Of a stretch of DNA of 64,000 bases, positions 49,125 to 61,789 are shown piece by piece (positions within the stretch are counted from its first letter, which is position 1; the number at the start of each line of letters is the position of its first letter). Source of the stretch: Pristiophorus japonicus (lineage: Eukaryota); NCBI RefSeq assembly GCF_044704955.1, contig NC_091979.1, positions 79,112,001 through 79,176,000 of the forward strand, written 5' to 3'. The position numbers and the translations under genes were made by a program. Below the pieces are notes generated by a model that was not told where the DNA came from, ran no database searches, and was given only the letters and a program-made list of their open reading frames with translations.

Positions 49125-50530
49125 ATCTTTCTCTAGTTTTCATCCGAACTCCCCTCATGCCCTCTCTGTGCTCAGCTTGTCATGAAACCCAGCTCCTGCT
49201 CCCTCAACCCTATTCCCACCAAACTGCTGACCACCTGACTTCCCTTCCTGGCTCTCATGTTAGCTGATATTGTTAATGGTTACCTCTCCTCTGGTTCTGT
49301 CCCCCTCCCCTTTCAAATCTGCCATCATCACCCCTCTCCTCAAAATGTTTCCTCTGCCCACTTGGGGCTTGCTTGCCGTGTAGGAGTTCCGAGTAGAACG
49401 CTTGCTTTGGGAGTCTTGTGTCAGGCTTGCGAACAATGTGGCCCGCCCAGCGGAGCTGGTCGAGTGTGGTCAGTGCTTCGATGCTGGGGATGTTGGCCTG
49501 ATCAAGGATGCTAACGTTGGTGCATCTACCTTCCGAGGGGATTTGCAGGATCTTGCGGAGACATCGTTGGTGGTATTTCTCCAGCGATTTGAGGTGTCTA
49601 CTGTATATGGTCCCGTCTTTGAGCCATACAGGAGGGCGGATGTTACTACAGCCCTGTAGACCATGAGCTTGGTGGCAGAGTTGAGGGCCTGATCTTCGAA
49701 CACTCTTTTCCTCAAGCGGCCAAAGGCTGCGTTGGCGCACTGGAGGCAGTGTTGAACCTCGTCGTCGATGTCTGCCCTTGCTGATAATAGGCTCCCGAGG
49801 TATGGAAAGTGGTCCATGTTGTCCAGGGCCGCGCCGTGGATGACTGGGGGACAGTGCTGTGTGACGGGGTCAGGTTGGTGGAAGACCTTTGTATTGCGGA
49901 TGTTTAATGTAAAAGTGCAACATCCCCACCGACACCTGGGAGTCTCTGGCCAAAGATCGCCTTAGGTGGAGGAGGTGCATCCGGGAGAGCGCTGAGCACC
50001 TCGAGTCTCATCGCCGAGAGCATGCAGAAAACAGGCGCAGGCAGCGGAAGGAGTATGCGGCAAACCAGTCCCACCCATCCTTTCCTTCAATGACTGTCTG
50101 TCCCACCTGTGACAAAGACTGTAGTTCCCGTATTGGACTGTTCAGTCACCTAAGAACTCACTTTCAGAGTGGAAGCAAGTCTTCCTCAGTTTCGAGAGAC
50201 TGCCTATGATGATGGTGCTCAAAAAATCCACCCTTGAACCCTCTGTCAAAACTATTATCCCATCTCCAACCTCCCTTTCCTCTCCAAAGTCCTCAAACAG
50301 GTTGTTGCCATCCCAAATCCGTGTCTACCTTTCCCGGAACTCCATGTTTGAATCCCTGCAATTTGGTTTCCGCCCTTGCCACAGGACAAAAACAGCCCTA
50401 AAAGTCACAAATTTTACATCCTATATGACTGTGACCATAGTAAACTATCCATTCTTATCCTTCTTGACTTGTCTGCAGTCATTTGACCCCACTATCCTAC
50501 TCCAACGCCTCTCCTCTGTCGTCCAGCAAT
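49125..50530 (+). mobile_element. L2 LINE ORF2 fragment interrupted by RTE
   Basis: SCSLNPIPTKLL...ITPLLKK continues after the insert; MFESLQFGFRPCH. Confidence 0.8.
49346..50217 (+). mobile_element. RTE LINE with 5' inversion
   Basis: 49346-49911 is antisense RTE, 49912-50217 is the sense 3' end with GAT tail; TSD CTCAAAA at 49339-49345 and 50218-50224. Confidence 0.9.
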
Positions 50531-50833
50531 GCTCACTTGACAACCGATCTGCCATTTCACATTCGCTGCTCCACTTACCGGCTTGTGGTACTGGCCAGCT
50601 GATCAAGCATTGACAAGTAGGAAGGAGCATCCAGCAGCCTTATTTAAAGGGATAATCATCAACAACTTGCAGCTGACAGTTTCTCAGTTTGACTTGCTCT
50701 GTACAAGTTTCTGCAACTCTTGCAGCTTTCTAAACTTGTTTCAAGTTCCTGAGGTGACAGGGAGTGTTGGTGCAAGTGGAAAATGCCTTTATTCTCATTT
50801 AAAGGTTTCTACTCACACCACATGCTCACAGTC

Positions 50834-51957
50834 ATGGGGGCTCAATTTGCAATCCCCTCGTGCTTGAGTATCTTCGGGAGATGGAACGGAATCAGCGAAG
50901 AAGAGGAGAAGACGTATGCCGAGGGAAGAGAAAGAGGGCCAGGATGGCTATCAACAAGAGGCCTTACCCAACTAGGTTCTTCTGAGGGCACTTCTCTTAT
51001 CTGTTACTTAATCGAGGAGCAGTGTAGTAGGAGGTTCTGCTTTACCAAGGCGGTGGTCGCAGAACTCTGCCACTTCCTACAACCAGACCTGCAGCCTCAG
51101 AGCACGATGCCCATGGCTCTCCCAGTAGCCCTCAACATCACTGTGATCCTCAATTCCTTCGCCAGCGGATACTTCTAGTCTGCAACAGAAGACATAACTA
51201 ATATCTCTTGATATGCCATCCATCGCTGCATCCGGAAGTCACAGAGACTCGCTACACCAGAAGGGACTACTTTGTCTTTTCTCTGAACAGAGAGAAGTGG
51301 GAGGAGCACCCATGTGGCTTTGCCAGGATAGCAGGCTTCCCCATGGTACAGGGCAGCATCGACTGCACTCACACGGCTTTGCGGGCACCGTATACCAATC
51401 CTGAGATGTTCTGTCACGGCAAAGGCTACCACTCACTTAACGTGCAGTTGTTGTGCGACCACGCCCTTCATCCTGTGCCAATCCAGCTGCCAGCAATCTT
51501 CCAGCCACTACATCAAACTCGAGGGTGGCTGCTCGGAAATAAGGGCTATTCGCTCTGCACCTGACTGATGACTCCCCTCCGCAACCCCACCACTTGTGCC
51601 CAGCACTCGTATAATGAAAGCCACGCTGCCACCAGAAACATCATTGAGCAGACTATTGGGCGGCTGAAGCAACAGTTCTGCTGCCTCGTGAGGAGGCGTC
51701 CAGTACTCTCTGGATCGGGTGTCCCATTTTGTACTGGTCTGCTGCATGCATCACAATTGGCCATCATGAGGGCACAGCCCTTGCCTGCAGGGATTGCAGG
51801 ACCACTTCAGGAAGAGGAGGATGATGGAGAGGAGGAGGAAGAGGAGCAAGAGGAAGAGAAAGTGGAGGAGGACGAGGAGGGAGAAGGCAGGCAGCAAATC
51901 CCCCTTCCAGACAGGCTGTCCATGAGTGCCTCATCAGACTCAGATTCCAATGAATGA
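50834..51957 (+). pseudogene. Harbinger DDE transposase (HARBI1-like), decayed
   Basis: FARIAGFPMVQGSIDCTH, WLLGNKGY, YNESHAATRNIIEQTIGRLK, acidic tail. Confidence 0.9.
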
Positions 51958-52177
51958 AACCCCAGATCTCCATTGCTCACCACATCCCCATCACACCATC
52001 CCTCTGTCACGGAGCATCACATCATCCTCCTGGGCACAAAGCTGAAATGAGAGCTACCACAAAACACACATTCCAAATAAGATTTATAAATTATCAGTAC
52101 TCAATTAACATTACAATATGAACTAATCACCCTTGTGCCTTCCCTCAGTGTCTGTCTTTCATATTTGTTTGCCTATT

Positions 52178-54030
52178 CTAATGTTCCGACACAGTGACTG
52201 CAGCATGGCTAGTGGAAGACTGTTGAGTTTCATTATGGGAGACTTCAGCTTGCCTTGCAGGATGACCTCGAGCAGCTCTGGACCTAGAAGGCCCAGCTGT
52301 AAACTGCCCCACCTTAGCAGGAGTGGCAGCAGACTGGGCTGACTGGCAGCGGCAAGGGCAATGACAGAGTGGTGCGAGTAGGAATGCTGTCATCCTGAGA
52401 GAGGGCAGCAGGTTCCTGCTCTGCTGACCCACTGCCACTCCCCCAGGGCAACACCTCAGCATCCCTCGCAATCTGTTGCAGGGCAGATGCTGACCTGCTG
52501 CGACATCGTGCAAGCCCCTTTCGACACTCGTAAACCCAGCAATGATGGCCGCAGTTTGAACTTGGGTGGCAGGAAGTTGAGACTGCATGAGAGCAGACTG
52601 ATCGTGCATGGCAGCAGTCTGAGCTTCCACTGCAGCACTGAGACTCATGGTCGCTTCCGCCCGTGCTGCAATGGAAGCTGCAACACACTCATCACACACA
52701 GCAATGTCTCGGGTTGGGTTGGCAAGATCTCTCTTGTAATTGTTCATCATTTCCAGTCTGGAAATCCTGGGCTCCAAGCTCTGCGCAAAGCTCCATCCAA
52801 TATTGGAGCCGAATTCCTCCATGCTCCTTGGCTTTGCCAGGAGGCTCTCTGGCAGGCTTCCCATCACACCTAGTATTTCGGTGTGCATCCCATCACCCTT
52901 CTTCTGAAGGCCGCCCCATCGAGATCATCATCTGAGTCGTGTGCAGCAGAATTCGTGCATGACCTCGCCCTCCGGGGAGCTGGCCCTCAAGCTACTCTTT
53001 CCCCCTGGCCCTGCTGCAGCCCATTCATGCCCAGTGCCTCACCATGTGTAGATCCCACATCTATAATACCCTCTACCTTCCGTACAGAGAGTTTCTGAGC
53101 TGGTGTCTGTAAGTGTCAGATGCAGTGACGGTGCGTCTTTTTCTTCTCCATTCTCCTCCATTACTTTGGGGACAGGCTGGTCTGCAGGCAGTTCTTGGTC
53201 ATCTGAAAGCAGAAAGGCACAAGGGTCGGCTTGTAATGAGCGGAGGGGGGTGGAAAGCAAGATACTTATGCATACAGCATCAGCGGCTTGTGAGAGGAGA
53301 TTGGGAGATGGGGGGAAAGTGGGATGTAAGAAGGATTAGGAATAATCACACCATCATTGTCAGCAAGGGTTTCAACTTTGCCCGTTGCCACGGCCTCGGT
53401 TACTTCCCCTCTAATGGTGCCGAACATGGACCCCTCCTGTTGGCTCAAGGTCTGTAAAGCGGCTTGGCTGCCTCCTATCTGCTGCTACTCCTGATGGTTG
53501 AAAGCCACCTTGGCCTGCAAGAGAAAGGGAAGTCTGTCAGTGAGTGTAGTGCAATGTATTTGGGTGATGTGCCTGCCATAGTTGAATAGCTGTCAGTGTG
53601 TGCAAAGGAGGAGATGTGGGTGTAAGTGTTGCAGCAGTGATAAGATTGTGAGGGTGAAGTGATGCCATGATTGGGAGGAGTGAGCTGTGATACGTTGAGA
53701 TTGTTGGTAGGTGTGTGATGGAGGTGTGGTGCATTGAGCAGTGTGTGAGAGTTGTGATGCAGATGGTAGGATGTGGCATTTGCTTAAGCCTTCACTCAAC
53801 TTGACCTGCCGTGTGATCCTTGGAATCGCACTGTTGGCCGTCACGCAGCTAGTTATCTCTTGCCAGAGCCGTCTCCAAGTGGCCTTGGATGGCTTCCTGC
53901 CATTGTGCAGGAACAGGACACCCTGCCTACTCTCCACTGCCATGACCAAGGCCGCGAGAGCAGTGTCGGAAAACCTTCTGACTCTTTCTCTGTGTTGTAG
54001 CTGTGCCATGGCTACAGTCTGCAACGACAA
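52178..54030 (-). pseudogene. Harbinger Myb/SANT-like partner gene, convergent with the transposase, decayed and probably multi-exon
   Basis: RERVRRFSDTALAALVMAVESRQGVLF...LWQEIT; coiled-coil-like ORF 52178-52888. Confidence 0.75.
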
Positions 54031-54829
54031 TGAGGTGCTGCTGCATCAAAGCACCTCCCTTTTAAGTAGTGCAGAGAGCCTAGGCCAAACATTATTGGCT
54101 GATAGACTGTACCCGATATTGCACACCCCGTTTACCACCACCCCTCGCGCCCCCCCCACCCCGCCCGCCCACCCCCATTGAGCACTAAGCCAATCAGAAG
54201 CCTGTATAGCACTGAGATCTGCAGTGCAATCATTATTATGAGCCGGCAGCACAAATTTTGTGGCTGTTAATGCTGTTTTCTGGAAAAAAGGCAAGCGCCT
54301 CGCTTTCAGCGTGGCACATGGCAGCTGCTATTTTGGTAAGGGTCATAGTACTGCAGTTGACAGCGCTGGTGTCTAAAATGTGAATTAGCAAATTGTGATG
54401 TCAATCAGCGGCAATACCTAACTTGACTCCACAACTCCTAACTCGGACATTTTCGCTCATCATTACACTGGCTCCTAACTACGCACAGAAAAGCGTGCAT
54501 GAAGCAGCCCTGCAGGAATGCTGTCAGGGCTTCTTAAAGGGGCACACAGATCTTTCAGATAAGTTTGGACTTTTAAAAATATTTTATTGAAGTAGAGGCT
54601 TGGAGCAATAGATGTTAAAACTTTTTAAAGTGGACAGGGAATACTGCTGGACGCTTGCAAGGCTTAGGATGGTAAAGAAAGGCCTCTGAGAAGACAGAAA
54701 ATGCTGGAAATACTCAGCAGGTCAGGCAACATCCGCGGAGAGAAAAACAGAGTTAACATGTCAGGTCGAGATTCTGCCTCACCTGCTGAGTACTTCCAGT
54801 ATTTTCTGCATTTATTTCAGACTTCCAGC

Positions 54830-56484
54830 ATCCACTTGCAGAGGGACGAGGAAGACAAGGAAGAGGAAAAAGCAGAAGTGGAGGAAGCGGAAGGATGCAT
54901 CCCAGATAGCCCCTTTCTGACCGGGATATCTGGGATGAAATCATCCGCCTGCGGTATCAGAGACCACAATCCCAATTCCCCTTTCAACATTTGTCCCACA
55001 CCTTACCTTCCCTCTGTTACTAACCATCACAGCGTCCTCTTGGCCTCAATGCTGAAATAAAAGCCACCACAAAGCAAAATTTCCATTCCAATCTTATACA
55101 TATCCATTAAATATGACATCAAGAAGTCAACTAATCACCCTTATGTATATTTCCTTAGTGACTATCTTGTGTGTGTCTTGTGTGTGCCTTTGCCTAGCCT
55201 ACTGATGTTATACATTGCTATCCCAGTGGCTGCAGCATGGCTGATGGAAGGCTGCTGACTTTCAGTGGGGGACACTGCAAATGGCCTTGCTGGACGACCG
55301 AGGAGCTGGTGGCTGGGAGTGTGAAATTGAGTGACGGTGTTTCTTCTTCTTCACACTCTTCTCCCTCTTCTTAGTCACCCACTGGCTGGGCAGGCTGCAT
55401 TTCGTGGGTGTCTGAAATGAAGAAGGCATAAGGGTGGAGTTGTGGTGAGGCGAAGGCGGGAAAGCAAGGGCTGCATGCATACACCATGCACAGCTTGTAC
55501 ATCAGAAGATATTGGGTGTTGATGGGTAAGTGGGATGTGAGAAGGAGGATAACATATGATGATGCCAGCATCTTGTATCCATTCAGTCCACTGCTGGGAA
55601 AGGGCTCAGCCATGCCCTTGCCAAAAATGGCCAGCACCATCTCCTCCAATGGCATGAGGTGAAGCTAGGAATGTGAGGTGTGCCTTGTGTTTGGTACAGA
55701 TTGTTGGTATGTGAGTGATGGGGTCCAGGGAGAGGAGGGGGGGGGGGGCGCGGTGGTTGTTGTGCAATGAGCAGTGCATGAGGCTAGTGGTGCAGTTGGT
55801 AGGAGATGGCTTTTGAAGATGCATTCACTGACTTTGGTCACTGGACTGAGTTCACAAAACTTCTTTGGGCACTGGAGGCAGGTGATGGGGGTGACACTGC
55901 GGGCAGTGACGGCCTCGGTGGTCTGGTCCCACATCATTCTTTCTGGAGGGCCTCCTGACCCCCTGTGGGTAGAGGATCTCTCTTTCAGTGTTGACTCTCT
56001 GCACAGAGCTGGAGTGCTACATACGAGAACCTGGGTGTCCCTTCCCTGGCTTACTGAGCCATGTGTGTTAGTGCTGAAGCACTTTCACTATTTTTTTACG
56101 TGCGGAAGGCAATTCAGCTTTTGAAGACTGCCATTTCGATATTATTTTAATTATTTTTTTCAGAAGGCAGTTGAGCTCGAAGGGCTAAAAACTGCCTATT
56201 TTTAAATGATTACTTTTTTCATTTTAGAAAGCAGTTCCCCTTTAAGGGATCGACACTGCCCTCTAAAATAACAGGCTAGCTTTAAGAGAACTCTATGGCC
56301 ACCTGCTGAGACTACTGCCCGAAACAGCGCGTTACTGCAAAACTGTAGGTTTTGCGCAGCGCGAATGTAAATCAGCAGGCAGCACCAAAATATCGGTGCC
56401 ACTTGTGCTCTTTTTGCAGGCAGCTGTTAACTTCGGTACGCAGTGGCACAGGCAGGTTTCTGGCCTACTCAATTTCCTAGGCCT
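54830..56484. mobile_element. Second deleted Harbinger remnant (transposase acidic tail on plus, Myb start on minus)
   Basis: 54830-55260 parallels 51810-52230; Myb-like remnant near 55860-56060. Boundaries approximate. Confidence 0.55.
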
Positions 56485-56613
56485 GCGTTTCCAGCCAAGA
56501 TAAGAGAATGAGGCCACCACTTAGTCAGCTAATGTAGAGCTAGAATGATGAGATAATTTCTGACTATAAGATAAGAACAGGAGATGAGTACGTGTAGCCT
56601 AAGGTAGCCTATC

Positions 56614-56940
56614 TCTGTAGCCTCCTCTAGCCCCACAATCCCCCGCCCCCCAAGATCTCTGCGCTCCTCCAAATCTGGCCTTAAGCATTCTTGATTTTAA
56701 ACCGCTCCACCATTGGCGAGCGTGTCTTCAGCTCCCTACACCTAAGTGCTGGAATTCCCTCCCTAAACCTGCTTGCCTTTCATTCCACATTTACGATGCT
56801 TTTTGACCAAGATTTTTGGTCACCTGTCCTAATATTTCCTTATGTGGCTCAGTATTAAATTTTGTTGGATAATGCTCCTGTGAAGCACCTTGGGACATTT
56901 TACTACATTAAAAGGCATTATATAAATGCAAATTGTTGTT
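56614..56940 (+). mobile_element. L2 3'-end fragment
   Basis: TGGAATTCCCTCCC and tail TGTGAAGCACCTTGGGAC...TATATAAATGCAAATTGTTGTT. Confidence 0.75.
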
Positions 56941-57254
56941 TACTCTGTTTTTACCGTATAATTAGGTACATGACCAAGCAAATATGCTGCAATGTGCTAT
57001 GTAACGTTACAGACAATGTCCTCAAAAGGAATATAATGTTCACGATATCTATGCTAAACTATTATTTTATTGTTAATCTTTATATATTTTTCTTCTTATA
57101 GTCTGGCCTATTTATTGAACATTCCAAACTGACAATGAGTCGAGCTGTCCAATTGATTTAAAAAGCTCTGAAACATTTGAGTTGATAGCCTATGGTTTTA
57201 GAGATAACCCAAGAAAGCTTACTTGAGATAGCGTGGGACGAAAGCAATCAAAAA

Positions 57255-57840
57255 ATCTCAAGGGAGCTGATTACAAAGGGGAGGAAGTTATGCTTCAGTT
57301 GTACAGAGCCTTGGTTAGACCCCATCTGGAGTTCAATTTTGGGCATGACATCTCGGAAAGGATATATTGGCCTTGATGGGGGAGCAGTGCAGATCCACCA
57401 GAATGATTCCGGGGCTTCTAAGGTTAAATTATGAGCACAGGTTGCATAAACTTGATTTGTATTTCCTTGAGTATAGAAGATTAAGGAGTGATTTAATCGA
57501 GGTGTTTAAAATGCTAAAAAGATTCAATAGGGTAGATACAGAGAATCTATTTCCTTCTGATGGGGGAATCAAGGTCGAGGGGACATAATCTTAAAATTAG
57601 AGCTAAGTCATTTAGTCGGGCAATCAGGATGCGCTTTTTCACACAAAGGGTAGTAGACATCTGGAATTCTCTGCCCCTAAAACTTGTGGGTACTTGGACA
57701 ATTGGAGCTTTCAAGACCAAGATCGATAGATTTTTGTTATATTAGGGTATCAAGTAATATGGAGCTAAGATGGGTAAATGGAGTCAAGTTACAGATCAGC
57801 CATCTGAATGGAGGGGCTGAATGGCCTCTCCGATGTTCCT
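57255..57840 (+). mobile_element. CR1 3' fragment
   Basis: LEYRRLRSDLIEVFKML and FFTQRVVDIWNSLP. Confidence 0.88.
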
Positions 57841-58669
57841 AAATTAAAAGAACCTCTGTCAAGCTAAAGCAAGACAAAATACTCCACTTCATTTTGGCAA
57901 CATCACATCCTGATCAGGAAAGGAGAATAACTGAGGCAGTGCATGAATTCAGGAGGGAATGATGCCAGTTGACATAAAGCCAAAGATGTGATCTTACGAT
58001 ATGGGCTCAATTTCACTGCTTGGTTTTGTAGGCAAATGTATTAGAATAAACTTTGAAAGCTGTGAAGAGAATACTGGATAACAATTCTTAGCAACTGTAT
58101 GTAGTCTAATTATTGAATAAAAATGCAGTTACATGTATGCATCGGAATAATGCAGCCGCTTAATTTCTGAATTGGGATCCCCGAGTGGCTCAATACAACC
58201 CCATATGTGGCACTGAGCCAGATCAAGGTGGTCCCAAGTTTATGATACTGGTCTATGATGAAAAAGCTAATCTCAGCTAGATGATTGATACTTCAGCATT
58301 TTTGGACTAGAATGGAGAAAGAAGGCAAGCTGTGCTTGTCACTATCCATTGACCCCTGCTGGACAGTCCATGTGGATATGGGTGAGGATGAGATTGGGCT
58401 CAGTTAGGACTATTCAGACGGCTGATTTGTATCTCGACTTCATTTACCCATCATAGCTCCATATCACTTGCTTACACATGAAGATAGGCTATTTGGCTGG
58501 GTACCTAAGAGCAGCTGACACCTGTGGGTTCATGCCACCTGTGAACTCCCATATTTAAGGAAAAATAAAGAAATTTCTTATGAGGGACAAGAAATGCTGA
58601 ATGTTATCTAAAAGATTAATTTATATTCAATGTAAATATGATGGGTTGGTTTATACAGGAGAGTTCTAG

Positions 58670-59551
58670 GAAATAGATGGGAAAGCAAGTTGTGAGGAGG
58701 CTGCAAAGAATCTCTGAAGGGATATAGACAGACTAAGTGAGTGGGCAAAAATTTGGCAGATGGAGTATAATGTGGGAAAATGTGAGGTTATCCATTTTGG
58801 TAGGAAAAATAAAAAAGCAAATTATTATTTAAATGGGGAGAGATTACAAAATGCTGTGGTACAGAGCGATCCTTGTACATGAAAAACAAAAGGTTAGCAT
58901 GCAGGTACAGCAAGTAATTAGGAAGGCAAATGGAATGTTGGCCTTTATTGCAAGGGGGCTGGAGTATAAAAGTAGGGAAGTCCTACTAGAACTGTACAAG
59001 GTGTTGCTGAGACCACACCTGGAGTACTGCATACAGTTTTGGTCTCCTTATTTAAGGAGGGATATACTTGCATTGGAGGCAGTTCAGAGAAGGTTCACTA
59101 GGTTGATTCCTGAGATGAAGGGGTTGTCTTATGAAGAAAGGTTGAGCAGGTTGGGCCTTTACTCATTGGAGTTCAGAAGAATGAGAGGTGATCTTATAAG
59201 ATTCTGAGGGGGCTTGACAGGGCAGATGCAGAGAGGATGTTTCCCCCTGTGGGGGAATCTAGAACTGGGGGCAGAGGTTCAGAATAAGGGGTCATCCATT
59301 TAAAACGGAAATGAGGAGGAATTTCTTCTCTCAGGGTGTCATGAATCTTTGGAATTCTCTACCCCAGAGAGCTGTGGAGGCTGGGTCATTGAACATATTT
59401 AAGGTGGAGATAGATTGATTTTTGAACAAAAAGGAAGTCAATTGTTATGGGGAATGGGTGGGAAAGTGGAGTTGAGGCCAGTATCATATCAACCATGATC
59501 TTATTGAAAGGCGGAGCAGGCTCGAGGGGCCCTACTCCTGCTTCTTATGTA
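58670..59551 (+). mobile_element. CR1 3' fragment
   Basis: ORF 58833-59207 is the CR1 ORF2 C-terminus; 3' UTR present. Confidence 0.92.
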
Positions 59552-59758
59552 CATGAAGAAATGGCATACAACAAAATTAATAGAATTTTGTGTTTTTTTT
59601 TGATCAGGGCAGTTTCCAAAAAAACCTCATTTATTCTATTGCTTTACCATTAGCAACATGGAAGTAAGTGACAAGGCAGTATTTATGCAGGAGATCATGC
59701 GCACCAACAAAAGAGATGCAGCTGGCTTGATCTCTGGCAGCGGTGTTGCTTGTACTTA

Positions 59759-60687
59759 AACACTTAATCCCTTACAGTTGCTTAAACACTTAAACCCTTA
59801 CTCTAAACCCAACTCTGCGAATCCCACAAGTTCGGGTCTACCTTAAGCTTCCCACCACACCACTCATCGGCAACGACGGCCGGGCCTCCTGTGGCGGCAA
59901 CCTGGACTATAAGGATCATAAAGCAGAGTGGAGGAACAGCTTGGACCTAATCGGAGGCACCAGCAGTGGCAGATGAAGCAGAAACACCCCTTCACCCCTC
60001 CGGTGACGGTCCTTTCACCCCTCCAGAGGCAATCGGAACACCTCCAGTGGCGGCAGATGGGCCTTTCCTCTTCGACGATGGCTAGACCTCTTCTTCTCCA
60101 CAAGAAACCTCCTCCTCAACGGCGACCAGGTCTCCTCTTCTATGATGGCGGTTGGCCCCCTCTCCTCCTTCAGTGATGACTGGAGCTCTCCTTCCCCACC
60201 GGCGACCTGGCCTCTTCTCCTCCTCCAGCACTTGGTGAGTACCATGGCTGTGACCCCACTGACCTCCCACTCTGAACCCCAGTGGACCACTGACACTCCC
60301 AATGCCTGCCCCCAACCAGGCCTCGGACCACCTACCATCAAGCACGCCACTCAGTGCCGAACCTGCGGCCAACATCTCGCTGTGGGCAACTAGGCCCATA
60401 TAGCAGTGCCTGGTCTCCAGTCATTTTGGACCCCCTTGCCACTGGATCAAGACCTTGCTCAGCGAAGCCCGTGTGGTAGCCGGTGTGCAACGACCACCCC
60501 ACTTTAAAAGAACTCACGCACAGACATCTTCCACTCCTCTAACATGAAGTTCAGGACCTGGAACGTCAGGACCCTCATGGACAACTATAGGGACTGTGCC
60601 TCTCGTATTGGACTGTTCCGCCACCTAAGGATTCATTTTAAGAGTGGAAGCAAGTCTTCCTCGATTCCGAGGGACTGCCTATGATGA
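59759..60687 (+). mobile_element. Non-autonomous bipartite RTE-derived element B
   Basis: 12-bp TSD TGCTTGTACTTA at 59747-59758 and 60688-60699; RTE 5'UTR plus MKFRTWNVRTLMDN fused to the RTE 3' end and GAT tail. Confidence 0.88.
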
Positions 60688-60741
60688 TGCTTGTACTTAT
60701 TAGAGGCACATGTTTTGTCTGAGAACCAGAAGTGTTCATAC

Positions 60742-60895
60742 CTGTTCCATACAGACCAGCAAAGCTCTTTCACAACTGTTGACCTAAATGAAAACAACTG
60801 CAGGTGAACAATTGTTTTAAGGATGTGGGTCCATTGCTTTAAAACTATATCAGGACATAAACTAGGTGAGGATTGCAGAGCTATTTCCTGAAGTT
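60742..60895 (-). CDS. Host gene coding exon (154 nt, phase 1-2), unidentified gene
   Basis: Acceptor TTATTTATACTGCAG, donor AG|GTATGA; frame LQEIALQSSPSLCPDIVLKQWTHILKTIVHLQLFSFRSTVVKELCWSVWN. Confidence 0.7.
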
Positions 60896-61789
60896 CTGCA
60901 GTATAAATAATGGTAATGGATATTTGAAACATTTAGCATCCCTGTAGTCAAAGTCTAATCAATTCCTACCATCTACAGTTTTCTTATTGTGCTAACTTAC
61001 CAGTTATTGTTATGAGCTTTTCTTTTTGTTGAGGTATTTGTTTTAGTATAAATAATTCATGCAGAAATGCCTAAACATAAACATGGAGATAGTTGTCACT
61101 GTTAATAAACTGTTTTGTAGCCCATTAAATTAGTCCAACATGACAATTTTATTTTTAACAGGAGTTTTTGATACACTGAGAATGTTGAAAAAGATTCAAA
61201 TTACATGTATTTTAACTGATTTAAAAACATGACATTTTTTAAACTAAGAAATTGTGAACACAAAGTGATTCAGAAAAATAGAAATTCAAATTACAAATTA
61301 TGAAAAGCAGAATGATGAGACACTAAGGAATGACTCAAATTTTTTGTAGCATTTAACTATTGAATTTGTAGCATTTGACTATTGAATTTGTAGCATTTGT
61401 TTAAAGAGATGAGTATATTGCTTAAGGTTTAAGTTAGAAATTATAGTATTACAACCTTTAGAGTTCAATCATCTCGTTTTTCTTTTCTGTAAATACTCAC
61501 TTAATTTGGGAAACGTGGGAAGGGCCACCTAGCTAACTATTAAGTTTGCAGTTTCAGGCAATACGACAGATAACAAGACAGAATATTTGTCATTTTACAA
61601 TTTTTTGTGAACATAGGAACAGGAGTAGGCCATTCACCCTATGGAGCCTGTCCTGCCATTCAATTAGATCATGGGTTATCTGTTCCTCAACTACATTTAA
61701 CAGACTTTGTTTCATATCACTTGATTTGCTTATCTAATATAAATCTAGTCTCTCCCCTTTAAGAAAATATTCCATTTGTCTTTCTTGGC

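Noticed and set aside
50834-51957. Cellular HARBI1 gene
   Set aside because: Stops and frameshifts, adjacent Myb partner, and several relatives in the window indicate transposon copies.
54692-54832. Hairpin as a novel ncRNA or terminator
   Set aside because: Collapsed inverted Penelope pLTR remnant with the hammerhead core deleted.
57070-57190. Possible host exon on the minus strand
   Set aside because: All three frames hit stops before a good donor.
58170-58540. Old SINE-like repeat
   Set aside because: Too diverged to assign a family or boundaries by eye.
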